From: Phycisphaerae bacterium | GTDB taxonomy: Bacteria > Planctomycetota > Phycisphaerae > UBA1845 > Fen-1342 | Assembly: GCA_050115495.1 (NCBI GenBank) | Contig: JASFQK010000033.1 | Span: 17,362 to 81,361 of the forward strand | DNA length: 64,000 nucleotides | Direction of reading: 5' to 3' | Part shown: piece by piece, positions 33,423 through 43,771 of the stretch | How positions within the stretch are numbered: position 1 is the first letter of the stretch | Layout: the number at the start of each line of letters is the position of its first letter | Notes under the pieces: generated by a model | Database searches by the model: none | The model's input: the letters and a program-made list of their open reading frames with translations, nothing else | Told to the model about the DNA's origin: nothing | Program-made: the position numbers and the translations under genes

Positions 33423-35462
33423 ATGCGCTGCTCGTCACGCGTCCATCGTCGAAGCTGGTGGCTCGGGGTTGTCGGCCTGAGTCTGGTCCTGGCCCTTGGT
33501 CCGCAGGTTGGCGCCGCCCAACCCGCCGATCCTCCGCCATCCGCCGCCAACACCGTGAAGCTCAACCAGGGTATCGCCGCCTACCATGCCGGCATCACCC
33601 TGGGCCAGTACGGGGAGGCTCGGCAGATCCTGGAGGAGCTGCTGGTCGAAGAGCCGCACAACGCTGCCGCGCTCTACTACCTCGGCCTGATCTACCTCTC
33701 CGACGGCTTGCAGGCCGCCGCCAAAGCGGAGAGCCTCTCCGCCGAAGCCGAGCAGCTTGCCGCCGCCGCCACGCCGGACGAGGCGGCCGTTTCGGCGAAG
33801 GCTGCCGAGGCCCGGAAGAAGGCGACCGAGGCCCGCACGTTGTTCGCCGTCGGCCGCGAGCACCTCAAACGCGTGATCGAGCTGGCCGACCGGGAGCTGG
33901 CCGACCCGCACCTGGTTCCGGTTCAGGCCGCGCTGTTCCTCGGCATTGCGCAGCTCGCCAGCCAGGACGAGAGCATCCGGGCCGAGGCCGCCCAGTACGC
34001 CCTCGACGGCAAGCGCACCCTGGAAACCTACGTGGCCGGCGAGGGCGACAGCGATCCCCTCGGCCACTTCTTCCTCGCCGTGGCCTGCTACCGGTTGGCC
34101 ACGCCGCTCGAGTCCGAGCAGCCGGTCGGTGACCGGGCGGCCCTGCTGCGCCAGGCGATGAACGAGTTGGGGCAGGTGCGGGCCCTGCTCGCCACCGAGG
34201 GCGGCATTCCCGCCGCCGACGAAGCCCGCATTCTGTACTACGAGGGCCTTGTCCTGCTCGCCCAGCGCGCTCACCCCCAGGCCGTCGAGAAGCTCGAAGG
34301 CGTGATCGAGCGCGACGAGGGCGGCTTGCTGGCCAAGAACGCCGAGGAGCTCGTCGGCCAGGTCCGGCGCCGCGAGGCCCTCAGCCCCGAGCCGATCACC
34401 TGGCACAGCCCGATCGGTCCCCTCCGCTTCGAGGGTGACGTGACCATCGGCGGCTTTCACGACACGAACGTCATTTTGCTCGGAGAGAACACCGCCCTGC
34501 CGCAAGGCATCCCGGATGAGGCCGACCACCGCTTCGGCGTCGAGGCCGGCTTCGACATCACCCGCCTGCTCACCTCGACCGACGACCGCATTCTCGGCGA
34601 GACGCTGCTCCTCGGCGTCGGCGGCACCACGGCGCACTTCTGGCAGCCGAGCATCGGCGAGTTCGACGTGAACTCCTATTCCGGCCGGGCCTACTTGAAC
34701 TGGGAGCCTTTCCGCACGGTGTACCTCGGCCTGCAATACGACTACGCCTACACGCAGCTCGGGCACGAGCCGTTCATTTCGAGCCATCGCCTGACGCCGG
34801 TCGTGTCGAAGATCTGGCTGCGGCCGCGGCAACACCCGCAGGATCCGGAACAGGTCCTCGGCCGTACCGATGTGTACTACAGCTTCGACGACCGCAACTA
34901 CCTCGACAGCCTGCGGGACCGCCGCTTCGACCGCGACGGCAACTACCACTGTGTCGGCTTCACGCAGCGGTTCAACATCGTGCAGGCGTCGCAGATGTGG
35001 CCTGGGTACTACGCTCCCGCCGAGGATGGCCATCGCCGCGACTTCAGCGACGCCGCCCGCTGGCTCAGCGTCCGGGCCGGCTACGCCTTCCGCGACGAGC
35101 GCACCGGCGGCGACGAGTTCGATCTCCACGGCCACACGGTGCTGGCCGGTCTCGACGTGCCGCTGCCCTGGCGGCTCAGCTTCGGGCTGGCGGCGGAGTG
35201 GACCTGGGACGCCTACCAGCAGCCCAGCCTCTTCGACTTCGAGCGCAAGCGCCGCGCCGACTTCGTGCAGCACTATGACTTCGGCCTCACCCGCACCCTC
35301 GTCGGTCGTGGCGAGTGCAGCAGCCTGCGGACGCTCGACGTCCGCCTGCGGGCCGGTGTGGATCTGACCATCCAGGACTCCAATATCTGGAACCGGCTCC
35401 ACGAAGAGGTCTACTCCTACGATCGCTTTATCTACAGCGTGAAGCTGATGGTCTCGTTCTGA
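33423..35462 (+). CDS. TPR + outer-membrane beta-barrel protein (Slam/DUF560-like architecture)
   Basis: Signal peptide; TPRs (ALYYLGLIYL, HFFLAVACY, ILYYEGLVLL); barrel begins GGFHDTNV; alternating beta-strands; terminal YSVKLMVSF with final Phe. Confidence 0.7.
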   Translation: MRCSSRVHRRSWWLGVVGLSLVLALGPQVGAAQPADPPPSAANTVKLNQGIAAYHAGITLGQYGEARQILEELLVEEPHNAAALYYLGLIYLSDGLQAAAKAESLSAEAEQLAAAATPDEAAVSAKAAEARKKATEARTLFAVGREHLKRVIELADRELADPHLVPVQAALFLGIAQLASQDESIRAEAAQYALDGKRTLETYVAGEGDSDPLGHFFLAVACYRLATPLESEQPVGDRAALLRQAMNELGQVRALLATEGGIPAADEARILYYEGLVLLAQRAHPQAVEKLEGVIERDEGGLLAKNAEELVGQVRRREALSPEPITWHSPIGPLRFEGDVTIGGFHDTNVILLGENTALPQGIPDEADHRFGVEAGFDITRLLTSTDDRILGETLLLGVGGTTAHFWQPSIGEFDVNSYSGRAYLNWEPFRTVYLGLQYDYAYTQLGHEPFISSHRLTPVVSKIWLRPRQHPQDPEQVLGRTDVYYSFDDRNYLDSLRDRRFDRDGNYHCVGFTQRFNIVQASQMWPGYYAPAEDGHRRDFSDAARWLSVRAGYAFRDERTGGDEFDLHGHTVLAGLDVPLPWRLSFGLAAEWTWDAYQQPSLFDFERKRRADFVQHYDFGLTRTLVGRGECSSLRTLDVRLRAGVDLTIQDSNIWNRLHEEVYSYDRFIYSVKLMVSF

Positions 35463-35498
35463 CGGCCGGCTCTCGCCGGTCTGTCGCTGGAGGCAGCC

Positions 35499-36563
35499 AT
35501 GAACGGGTTCAAGGCAGGCGGCGGTTGGCTGGCGGCAGCCGTTATCCTTTTCTGCTGTGCCGCCCAGGTCATCGCTCAGGACGCGCCGGTCGTCACCGGC
35601 GTTTCCAGCCCGACGGGCATCACCTGGACGCCCGCCGGCGGCGAGGCCTTCTCCCCCGACTGCGGCGTCCGGCTCGACCGCGGGCAGTTGATCGTCGCTG
35701 CCGAGCAGCAGGCGATGCTCTACAGCGCCGGCGGCCAGGTCGCCATCGTCGCCATCGGCCCGTGCACGCTGGATGTGCGGAACGAGGACGGCCAGCGCGA
35801 GCTTCTGCTTCGTGAAGGGCGACTGGCCCTAGCTTCCACGATGGCGGGTGCGGAGCAGGTCCTGGCCTTCGCGGCCGCGGGTGCTGGCACCGTACGGGCG
35901 GTCGAGGGCTACCCCGCCCGGGGCTGGACCTACCTGGCCTGCGACGGTGACACGGTCGACGTGGCCTACATCGCCGAGACGCAGCCGGCCGAGACGCTGC
36001 CCGTCACGGTCGGCGGCGATACGGTCGAGGTGGCGGACGGTCAGCGGCTCATCGTCTCCGGCGGCATGGCCCGCACCGAGCCGCTGGACAACTGGCTCGC
36101 CGAGCAGGGCTTCCGCCAGGCCTGGCCCGAGCGTATCGGCGTGGCCTCGGCCCGTGACCGGCGGCAGTCGTTGCAGAAGGACCTCTTTCTGAACGTGATC
36201 AAGTGGGACCGCTACAGCCAGGCCCAGCAAGTCATCACCCGCCTGCGCGTCGAGCAGTTCCGCCCCGAGATTCGTGTCGTCCAGGTAGCCGTCACCGGTC
36301 AGTTGGCCTCGACCGGGCAATATGGGACGACGACCCGTCCACCGCCGTTCTCCGGCGCCAACGAGGTGCCGCCGCTGTCGCCGGCGGCGGTCAGTGTCGG
36401 TGGTGTGACCGCCGTGCAACTGAATGTTAATGCGCGCGAATTGCTGACCGCGACCGGCTCACGCGGACTGGGCTTCAACGGGCTGAGCCGGCTGGCGATT
36501 CCCGGCCTGCTGCCGGGTGGTCTGCTGTCTACCGGACCGGCCGGTTTGGGTGCGCAGCGCTAA
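35499..36563 (+). CDS. Secreted protein with FecR-like beta-rich N-terminal domain
   Basis: Signal peptide; GQLIVAAEQQAML...IGPCTLDV...LLLREGRL resembles the FecR-domain pattern. Confidence 0.55.
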   Translation: MNGFKAGGGWLAAAVILFCCAAQVIAQDAPVVTGVSSPTGITWTPAGGEAFSPDCGVRLDRGQLIVAAEQQAMLYSAGGQVAIVAIGPCTLDVRNEDGQRELLLREGRLALASTMAGAEQVLAFAAAGAGTVRAVEGYPARGWTYLACDGDTVDVAYIAETQPAETLPVTVGGDTVEVADGQRLIVSGGMARTEPLDNWLAEQGFRQAWPERIGVASARDRRQSLQKDLFLNVIKWDRYSQAQQVITRLRVEQFRPEIRVVQVAVTGQLASTGQYGTTTRPPPFSGANEVPPLSPAAVSVGGVTAVQLNVNARELLTATGSRGLGFNGLSRLAIPGLLPGGLLSTGPAGLGAQR

Positions 36564-36885
36564 GCGTCCGAGTTTGCGGTCCGATACCTCTGCTCGCGGC
36601 CACCGTGGCAAAAAAACGCTCACTGTCGCCGGGGCGAGCGGAGTAGAATTAAACCTAGGCCGAATGCGCGCGCCGGCTTCGGGCAGGTCGGTGGAAGTGC
36701 CGCGGGGCACGCGCAACTGGAATCAAACGCCGACAGGGAGGCAGGCGCGCATGTCAGCGGCGCACGGAGGCGCCCCGAGGGACGGTACGTCAACGTGGAT
36801 AGCAGCACGCGGGACCTGACACGCTGCGGCCCGGTCCGCCGCCACCCGGCCAGCCCGCTGCCTTGGAGAGTCTGGAGGTTACGTC

Positions 36886-39800
36886 ATGCCTACCGTATCG
36901 AACAACACACGGGTAGTGACCAGGTCGACATCCTCACGCCGGCGACGCGGAGCGCTTAGCGTCGGCCTCTGGCTGGCCGCGATGCTCCTCGCCGCCTGGC
37001 CGGCCAGCGCGCTGGCCCAGACCGACCCGGCGACCTCGACGGTCGTGGCCGCCGACGGCGTGGCCGTCGCCAATGGCGTCGACACCGAGCTCATCACGGT
37101 GACGTTGCTCGACGCCACGTTGAACCCTGTGGTGGGCCACACCGTCTCGCTCGCCGCGATCGGTGCCCCCGCCGGCGTGGTCATCAGTGCTCCCTCCGGG
37201 CCCTCCGACGGCAGCGGCGAGGTAACCTTCACCGTTACCTCGACCGACTCGTACGCCGCCCCCGGCGTCGAGTTTGAGGCCACCGACGACACCGACACCG
37301 TCACGATTATCCAGACGGCCTTCGTCGTCTTTGACCCCGGCCCGACCAGCGCCGCGACCTCGACCGTCGCGGCCGCCGACGGGACGGCGGTTGCCGACGG
37401 CATCGAGACCGAGATCATCACCGTCACGCTGCTCGACGCCAACAGCAACCCGATTCCCGGCCACGCCGTCTCGCTGCTCGCGGACGGGTCGCCGGCGGGT
37501 GTGGTCATCGCCGCGGTTGGCGGACAAACCCACTCCGACGCCAACGGCCAGGTCTTCTACGCCGTTCGTTCGAGCGTCCCCCACAGCCCCGTCGGCGTTA
37601 CGTTCCGGGCCTATGACCTGACCGAGCTCGTCGCCATCACGCAGACGGCCGACGTCGTCTTCACCACCAACGAGACCGACGCCGGCACTTCCACGGTCAG
37701 CGCCAACCCCGCCACCGTGCCGGCCAACGGCACGACCACCAGCCTGATCACCGTCGTGCTGAGCAACGCGGGTGGTAATCCCGTGCCGGGTCACGCGGTC
37801 TCGCTCGCGGCGATCGGCGCCCCGTCCGGTGTCAGCATCAGCGCCCCGTCCGGTGTCTCCACCGCCGCCGGCGTCGTCACCTTCACCGTGACTTCCACCG
37901 ACGTCCACGCCGCCCCCGGCGTCGAGTTCGAGGCCACCGACGACACCGACGCAACGACCATCATCGACACGGCCTTCGTCGTCTTCGCGGCCGGCACCAC
38001 CAGCTCCTCGGCCTCGACCGTTGACGCGGCCGATGGCACCGCCCTGGCCAACGGCGTCGAAACCGAACTCATCACCGTCACACTGTTCGACAGCAACGGT
38101 CACCGGCTCGCCGGTCACAACGTCTCGCTGGCCGCCGTCGGCAGTCCCGCCGGCGTCGCCGTCAGCGCCCCCTCGGGCCCCTCGGACGTTGCCGGCCAGG
38201 TGACCTTCAGCGTCACCTCGAACGTCGCCCATGGCGCCCCCGGCGTTGAATTCCGGGCCACCGACACGACTGACGGCGTTGCCATCGCCGACACCGCCTT
38301 CGTCGTCTTCACCCCTGGCGCCACCAGCGCCAGTGCCTCGACCGTTGATCCGGCGGACGGCGCCTGCACCGCCAACGGCTCCGAAACCGAGCTCATCACC
38401 GTCACCCTGCGTGACGCCAACAACAACCCCATCGCCGGCCACAGCGTATCGCTGGCGGCCGTCGGTGCCCCCGCCGGCGTGAACATCAGTGCCCCCTCCG
38501 GACCCTCCACTGCCGCTGGCGTGGTCACCTTCACCGTGTCTTCCAGCGTGGCCTACGCCGCTCCCGGCGTTGAGTTCGAGGCCACCGACGATACGGCGGC
38601 GACGACCATTCTCGACACGGCGTTTGTCGTCTTCACCACGGGTTCGACGAGTTCGACCACCTCGGCGGTTGCGGCCGCCGACGGCACCGCCATCGCCGAC
38701 GGCGCCGAGACCGAGCTGATCACCGTCACCCTGCGCGACGGCAGCAGCAACCCGGTCGTCGGCCACAACGTCTCGCTGGTCGCCGTCGGCGCCCCGGCGG
38801 GTGTGGCGATCAGCGCCCCCTCCGGTGCCTCCGACGGCAGCGGTCAGGTAACCTTCACTGTCACGTCGACCGTTTCCCACGCCGCCCCTGGCGTTGAGTT
38901 CCGCGCCACCGACACGACCGACGGCATCACCATCACGGACACGGCCGCCGTCGTCTTCACCGCCGGCCCCACCAGTGCCGCGGCGTCGACCGTCGTTGCG
39001 GCGGACGGCGTCTGCGTTGCCAACGGCATCGATACCGAGCTCATCACCGTCACGCTGCGCGACGCCCTGGGCAACCCCGTCCCCGGCCATAACGTGACGC
39101 TCACCGCCCTCGGCGCCCCCGCTGGCGTCGGCATCAGCGGCCCCTCCGGCATCTCCGGCCCGGACGGCGTCGTCACCTTCACGGTGACCTCGACCGTGGC
39201 CCACGGTGCCCCCGGCGTCGAATTCGAAGCCACTGACACAACCGCCGGCACGCCGATCACCGATACGGCGCTCGTCGTCTTCGGCTCCGGCTCGACGAGC
39301 TCCACGACGTCCACCGTCGCCCCGGCGGATGGCTCGGCTGTCGCCGACGGCGCGGAGACCGAACTGATCACCGTCACGCTGCGAGACGTGAACAGCAACC
39401 CGGTCGTCGGCCACAACGTTGTCCTGGTCGCCGTCGGCGGCCCGGCGGGTGTGGCGGTCGGCGCCGCTTCCGGCCCCTCCGATGGCGCCGGCATCGTGAC
39501 CTTCAACGTGACCTCGACCGTCTCCTACGCCGCCCCCGGCGTTGAGTTCCGCGCTACCGACACGACGGACGGCGTCGCCATCGCCGGCACGGCGTTCGTG
39601 ATCTTCGTCCCCGGCCCGACCGACGCCACGACCTCGATCGTCGATCCGGTCGATGGTACCTGCGTCGCCAACGGTAGCGACGGCGAGCTCATCACCGTTA
39701 CGCTGCTCGACGCACTGGGCAACCCCGTCCCCGGCCACGACGTCACACTCGTCGCGGTCGGCGCTCCTGCCGGCGTCACGATCAGCGCCCCCTCCGGCTC

Positions 39801-42800
39801 CTCGACCACCGCCGGCATCGTCACCTTCACGGTCCGGTCGACCGTGTCCTACGGAGCCCCCGGCGTTGAGTTCGAAGCCACCGACACGACCGCCGGCACG
39901 ACCATCAACGACACGGCGCTCGTGATCTTCGGCTCTGGCTCGACCAGTTCTACAACGTCCACCGTCGCCCCGGCCGACGGTACCGCCGTCGCTGACGGCG
40001 CGGAGACCGAGCTGATCACCGTCACACTGCGCGACGTGAACAGCAACCCGATCGCCGGCCACAACGTGTCTCTGGTCGCGGTCGGCGCCCCGGCGGGCGT
40101 CGCGATCAGCGCCCCCTCCGGTGCCTCCGACGCCGACGGTCACGTGACCTTCACGGTCACCTCGACCGTCACGCACGCTGCCCCCGGCGTCGAGTTCCGC
40201 GCGACCGACATGACTGACGGTATCACGATCACGGGTACGGCTCTGGTCGTTTTCACCGCCGGCTCTACCAGTGCGGCCAACTCCACCGTCGACGCGGCCC
40301 CTACGCAGGTCGCCGCCGACGGCGTCGCGGCCAGCACCGTCACCGTCACCCTGCGTGACGGGCTGAACAACCCCGTTCCCAATCACAACGTCTCGCTGGC
40401 GGCCACTGGCTCTCCGGCCGGTGTGGTCATCAGCGCCCCGTCCGGCCCCTCCGATGCCAACGGCGTCGTGACCTTCACCGTTACGTCCACCATGGCGTAT
40501 GACCCGCCGGGCGTCGAGTTCGTGGCCACGGACGACACCGTCGCCGTCACCATCACTGACACGGCGGACGTCGCCTTCACGCCGGACGCGACCAGCCCGG
40601 TCAACTCCACGGTCGATGCGGCCGATGGCACGGCCACGGCCGACGGCGCCGACACCGAGCTCATCACCGTCACCCTGCGTGACGCCAACAACAACCCCGT
40701 GCCCAACCACGACGTCGCCCTCGAGCTCGTCGGCGGCGGCACCATCGACTTCGGCGTGCCCTCCGGGCCCTCCGGCGCGAACGGCGTGGTCACCTTCAAC
40801 GTCTCCACCACCGTCGCCGCCTCGCTCACCATACGGGCCGTCGACACCACGGCCAGCGTCGTCATCAACGACACGGCCATCGTCGACTTTGTCCCCGGCC
40901 CGGCTGACCACTTGAGCTTCGTGCAGCAGCCGACCAACGTGGCCACGGGCAGCACGATCAATCCGCCCGTTACCGTCGAGATCCTCGACGCCCAGAACAA
41001 CCGCGTCACCACCGCCGTCGACCTGGTGAACCTCGTCATCGAGGCCAACCCTGGCGGTGGCACGCTCGACGGCACGCTGCCGCAAGCCGCGGTTGCCGGT
41101 TTGGCTACGTTTGCCGATCTGACCATCGACCACATCGGCGTTGGCTACACGCTGCGGGCCGAGGCCGTCGGTCTCACGCCGGCCACGTCGGCGCTCTTTG
41201 ACGTCTCCGCCGGCCGCAACCTGGTCGCCACCAGCGTCGAGCTGGTGAACGTCGGCGAGCAGCGGCACCTCCAGGCCAACTATTTCGTCGAGGGCGCCGA
41301 AATGCTCGGCGAGTTCGACATCACCTATCGCATCGAGCGTGCCGGCGGCGCCCTGGTCCATGAGGACACGGTGCGCATCACCGCCGCCGACCTGCGCACG
41401 CCCGGCTCGCGCAAGGCTGACCTGGGCGACATCCGTCCGTTCCTCAACGAGGTTATCGCTCAGGGTGACCGCCTGCTTATCGCCCTCGATTCCGCCAACG
41501 AGATCGACGAGGGCACGGCCGCCAACGAGACCGACAACGACGCCGAGACCTCGCTGACCGTCGACCTGGCCAGCCAGTCGATCGTCGCCGACGTCCAGGG
41601 TGTGAACTCCAGCGTGCGCGTCACGTACGCCGTGAACAGCCCCGCCGACGTGCCGCCCTTCGTCATTCGGGTCGGGATCGACACCAACGGCGACGGCACG
41701 ATCGACGACACGCTCCGCGACTACAGCACGGCGGCGGACGAGATCACGCCGGGCACGCACGTGGCCATCGTCGCACTGCCCACGCAGTTCACCGCCCGCG
41801 GCCTCGCCGCCAACGCCAACATCCGCATCGTGGCCCAGTTGGACGCCACCGGCACCGTGCTCGAATCCGACGCCGGCAACAACCGGGCCAACACGCAGAC
41901 CACGTACGGCGTCGACCTCGTGCTGACCCGCCTGGTCTTCCCCGGCACCGCTCTGGGGCAGGACTTCGAGGTCACGCTCGACTACACCGTTAACTCCAAC
42001 CCGGTCAGTGAGAACTTCACGATCGGTTTCTACGTCGCCGGCGATTCGCAGATCAGCGCCGCCAGCCTCGGTTCGGCCACGCGCTTCGCGACGCGGACCA
42101 TCACTACCGCGGCCGACCGCACCGTCGGCCTGCACACGAAGACGTTCGTGCTGAACATCCCGGCGGATGCCTTCGCCAGCATCAACTTCTTCGTCAAGGC
42201 CCGCATCGACGACGGCGCCGGCGTGACCGAGGTGGACGAGGGCAACAACATCATCGCTTCGCCCAACTCCACGTCCGATCCGAACGCCGATGTCGACGGC
42301 GACGGTCTCACCCGGCAGGAGGAGGAATCCGGCTTCCAGATTCCGGCGAACCAGATCTACCGCGCCGATGAGCCCCTGAGCAACGCGATCAGCCCGCTCG
42401 GTACCCGCACGTTCGATACCGAGCGTGACAGCGACGCCGACGGCCTCGACGACCGCCTCGAGCGTAAGACCGGCACCAACCCTGCCGACCGCGACAGCGA
42501 TGGCGACGGCATCACGGACGGCGTGGAAGACGCCAACCAGAACGGCATCGTCGACGCCGGCGAGACGAACCCGCGCCACTGGGACTCCGACGAGGACGGC
42601 CTCTCCGACCTTGAGGAGTTGACCGGCTTCGACATCACCCGCTACCCGGCCGGCCTCCAGTCCGGCCGCTTCCAGCGACAGCTCGTCGTGCGCGTTACGA
42701 CCGATCCCCGAAGGGCGGACACCGACGGTGACGGCCTCAGCGATTGGGACGAGGTCAACACCTACGCCCGGTCCGCCGACGGTGACGGCGGCGTGCCCAG

Positions 42801-43671
42801 CATCGGTCTGGACGCGCTCACGGCCCGGATCAGCCGCGCCGTGAACAAGCCGGTCTGGGGCATTCGCACCGACCCGACCCTCATCGACACCGACGAGGAC
42901 GGCCTGCCCGACTCCACCGACCCGGCGCCGGCCATCAACCCGGCTCGCTGGGGCTACGACACCCAGCCCGACGGCGGCACGGCGGACGGCCTCTTCAACG
43001 ACGAGGACATCCAGCGCCTGCGCACCGACCCCCGTCTCACGGCCGAACAGCAGGCCACCTACCCGACGACCGTCGAAGCCTTCCAGCGCCTGCTGCTCGA
43101 CTTCGACCAGGACCGCGACGGGTTCCTCGAAGCCCCCGACGCCAACGGCGACGGTTTCCCCGACTTCACCCGCTACAACGAGGCCACCCTCGAGCAGTCT
43201 TACCGCATCGACTTCAGCAACAACGGCAGCCTCGATGACGGCTTCGACGTCGGCGGTCTCAACCCCGGCAACGCCGACGCCCCCGCCGACACCAGCGGCG
43301 CCGCCCGCTACGGCTCCTACCGCGTCACCCACGCCGACGCCGGTGTGGCCCGCGGCGACGGCACGCTCGATCTCGCCGACGACACGCTCGATGCTCCGGG
43401 CGACGCCATCGGTTTCCTGCTCCTGGCCGACAACTGCCCCAACGAATACAACCCTGGCCAGGAGGACTTCGACGGCGACGGTCTCGGCGACCTGTGCGAC
43501 GCCGATCTCGATAACGACGGTGTGCCCAACGACATCGACTCCGTCCGGCAGACGCCGCTGGCCACGCCGGTCTGCGGTCTCGGCGTTGTTCAGGCCATGA
43601 TGCTCAGCCTGGCCGGTCTCATGGGCCTGCGCCTCGGCGGCGGCGCGCGTCGGCGACGCTCGGCCTGCTAG
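36886..43671 (+). CDS. Large surface adhesin-like protein: 12 Big_1 (invasin/intimin-type Ig) repeats, further Ig/CARDB-like domains, Ca-binding DxDxDG/TSP3 repeats, C-terminal CGxG-TM-basic anchor
   Basis: Signal ending ALA; 12 copies of ...A(D/N)G...ITVTLxD...NP..GH.VSL; DSDGDGITDG and DNCPNEYNPGQEDFDGDG; ends CGLGVVQAMMLSLAGLMGLRLGGGARRRRSAC. Confidence 0.9.
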   Translation: MPTVSNNTRVVTRSTSSRRRRGALSVGLWLAAMLLAAWPASALAQTDPATSTVVAADGVAVANGVDTELITVTLLDATLNPVVGHTVSLAAIGAPAGVVISAPSGPSDGSGEVTFTVTSTDSYAAPGVEFEATDDTDTVTIIQTAFVVFDPGPTSAATSTVAAADGTAVADGIETEIITVTLLDANSNPIPGHAVSLLADGSPAGVVIAAVGGQTHSDANGQVFYAVRSSVPHSPVGVTFRAYDLTELVAITQTADVVFTTNETDAGTSTVSANPATVPANGTTTSLITVVLSNAGGNPVPGHAVSLAAIGAPSGVSISAPSGVSTAAGVVTFTVTSTDVHAAPGVEFEATDDTDATTIIDTAFVVFAAGTTSSSASTVDAADGTALANGVETELITVTLFDSNGHRLAGHNVSLAAVGSPAGVAVSAPSGPSDVAGQVTFSVTSNVAHGAPGVEFRATDTTDGVAIADTAFVVFTPGATSASASTVDPADGACTANGSETELITVTLRDANNNPIAGHSVSLAAVGAPAGVNISAPSGPSTAAGVVTFTVSSSVAYAAPGVEFEATDDTAATTILDTAFVVFTTGSTSSTTSAVAAADGTAIADGAETELITVTLRDGSSNPVVGHNVSLVAVGAPAGVAISAPSGASDGSGQVTFTVTSTVSHAAPGVEFRATDTTDGITITDTAAVVFTAGPTSAAASTVVAADGVCVANGIDTELITVTLRDALGNPVPGHNVTLTALGAPAGVGISGPSGISGPDGVVTFTVTSTVAHGAPGVEFEATDTTAGTPITDTALVVFGSGSTSSTTSTVAPADGSAVADGAETELITVTLRDVNSNPVVGHNVVLVAVGGPAGVAVGAASGPSDGAGIVTFNVTSTVSYAAPGVEFRATDTTDGVAIAGTAFVIFVPGPTDATTSIVDPVDGTCVANGSDGELITVTLLDALGNPVPGHDVTLVAVGAPAGVTISAPSGSSTTAGIVTFTVRSTVSYGAPGVEFEATDTTAGTTINDTALVIFGSGSTSSTTSTVAPADGTAVADGAETELITVTLRDVNSNPIAGHNVSLVAVGAPAGVAISAPSGASDADGHVTFTVTSTVTHAAPGVEFRATDMTDGITITGTALVVFTAGSTSAANSTVDAAPTQVAADGVAASTVTVTLRDGLNNPVPNHNVSLAATGSPAGVVISAPSGPSDANGVVTFTVTSTMAYDPPGVEFVATDDTVAVTITDTADVAFTPDATSPVNSTVDAADGTATADGADTELITVTLRDANNNPVPNHDVALELVGGGTIDFGVPSGPSGANGVVTFNVSTTVAASLTIRAVDTTASVVINDTAIVDFVPGPADHLSFVQQPTNVATGSTINPPVTVEILDAQNNRVTTAVDLVNLVIEANPGGGTLDGTLPQAAVAGLATFADLTIDHIGVGYTLRAEAVGLTPATSALFDVSAGRNLVATSVELVNVGEQRHLQANYFVEGAEMLGEFDITYRIERAGGALVHEDTVRITAADLRTPGSRKADLGDIRPFLNEVIAQGDRLLIALDSANEIDEGTAANETDNDAETSLTVDLASQSIVADVQGVNSSVRVTYAVNSPADVPPFVIRVGIDTNGDGTIDDTLRDYSTAADEITPGTHVAIVALPTQFTARGLAANANIRIVAQLDATGTVLESDAGNNRANTQTTYGVDLVLTRLVFPGTALGQDFEVTLDYTVNSNPVSENFTIGFYVAGDSQISAASLGSATRFATRTITTAADRTVGLHTKTFVLNIPADAFASINFFVKARIDDGAGVTEVDEGNNIIASPNSTSDPNADVDGDGLTRQEEESGFQIPANQIYRADEPLSNAISPLGTRTFDTERDSDADGLDDRLERKTGTNPADRDSDGDGITDGVEDANQNGIVDAGETNPRHWDSDEDGLSDLEELTGFDITRYPAGLQSGRFQRQLVVRVTTDPRRADTDGDGLSDWDEVNTYARSADGDGGVPSIGLDALTARISRAVNKPVWGIRTDPTLIDTDEDGLPDSTDPAPAINPARWGYDTQPDGGTADGLFNDEDIQRLRTDPRLTAEQQATYPTTVEAFQRLLLDFDQDRDGFLEAPDANGDGFPDFTRYNEATLEQSYRIDFSNNGSLDDGFDVGGLNPGNADAPADTSGAARYGSYRVTHADAGVARGDGTLDLADDTLDAPGDAIGFLLLADNCPNEYNPGQEDFDGDGLGDLCDADLDNDGVPNDIDSVRQTPLATPVCGLGVVQAMMLSLAGLMGLRLGGGARRRRSAC
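37021..40890 (+). repeat. Intragenic tandem array of 12 ~330-bp Ig-domain repeats
   Basis: Recurrent GAGCT(C/G)ATCACCGTCAC and CCCGGCGT(C/T)GAGTTC blocks at about 330-bp spacing. Confidence 0.85.
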
Positions 43672-43701
43672 GCGGCCACGCCGCGGCGCACCACATAAAA
43701 C

Positions 43702-43733
43702 AGCGGCGGCCGAACCAACGTTCGGCCGCCGCT
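43702..43733. terminator. Intrinsic terminator between convergent genes
   Basis: AGCGGCGGCCGAAC-CAAC-GTTCGGCCGCCGCT 14-bp perfect stem; GTTTT follows on the minus strand. Confidence 0.75.
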
Positions 43734-43771
43734 TGCGTTATCCAGTCTGATTGCGGTACCTGGCCCGCCCC

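Noticed and set aside
36934..43332. 2132-aa minus-strand ORF
   Set aside because: Antisense shadow of the adhesin, caused by GC3-biased codons; no motifs of its own.
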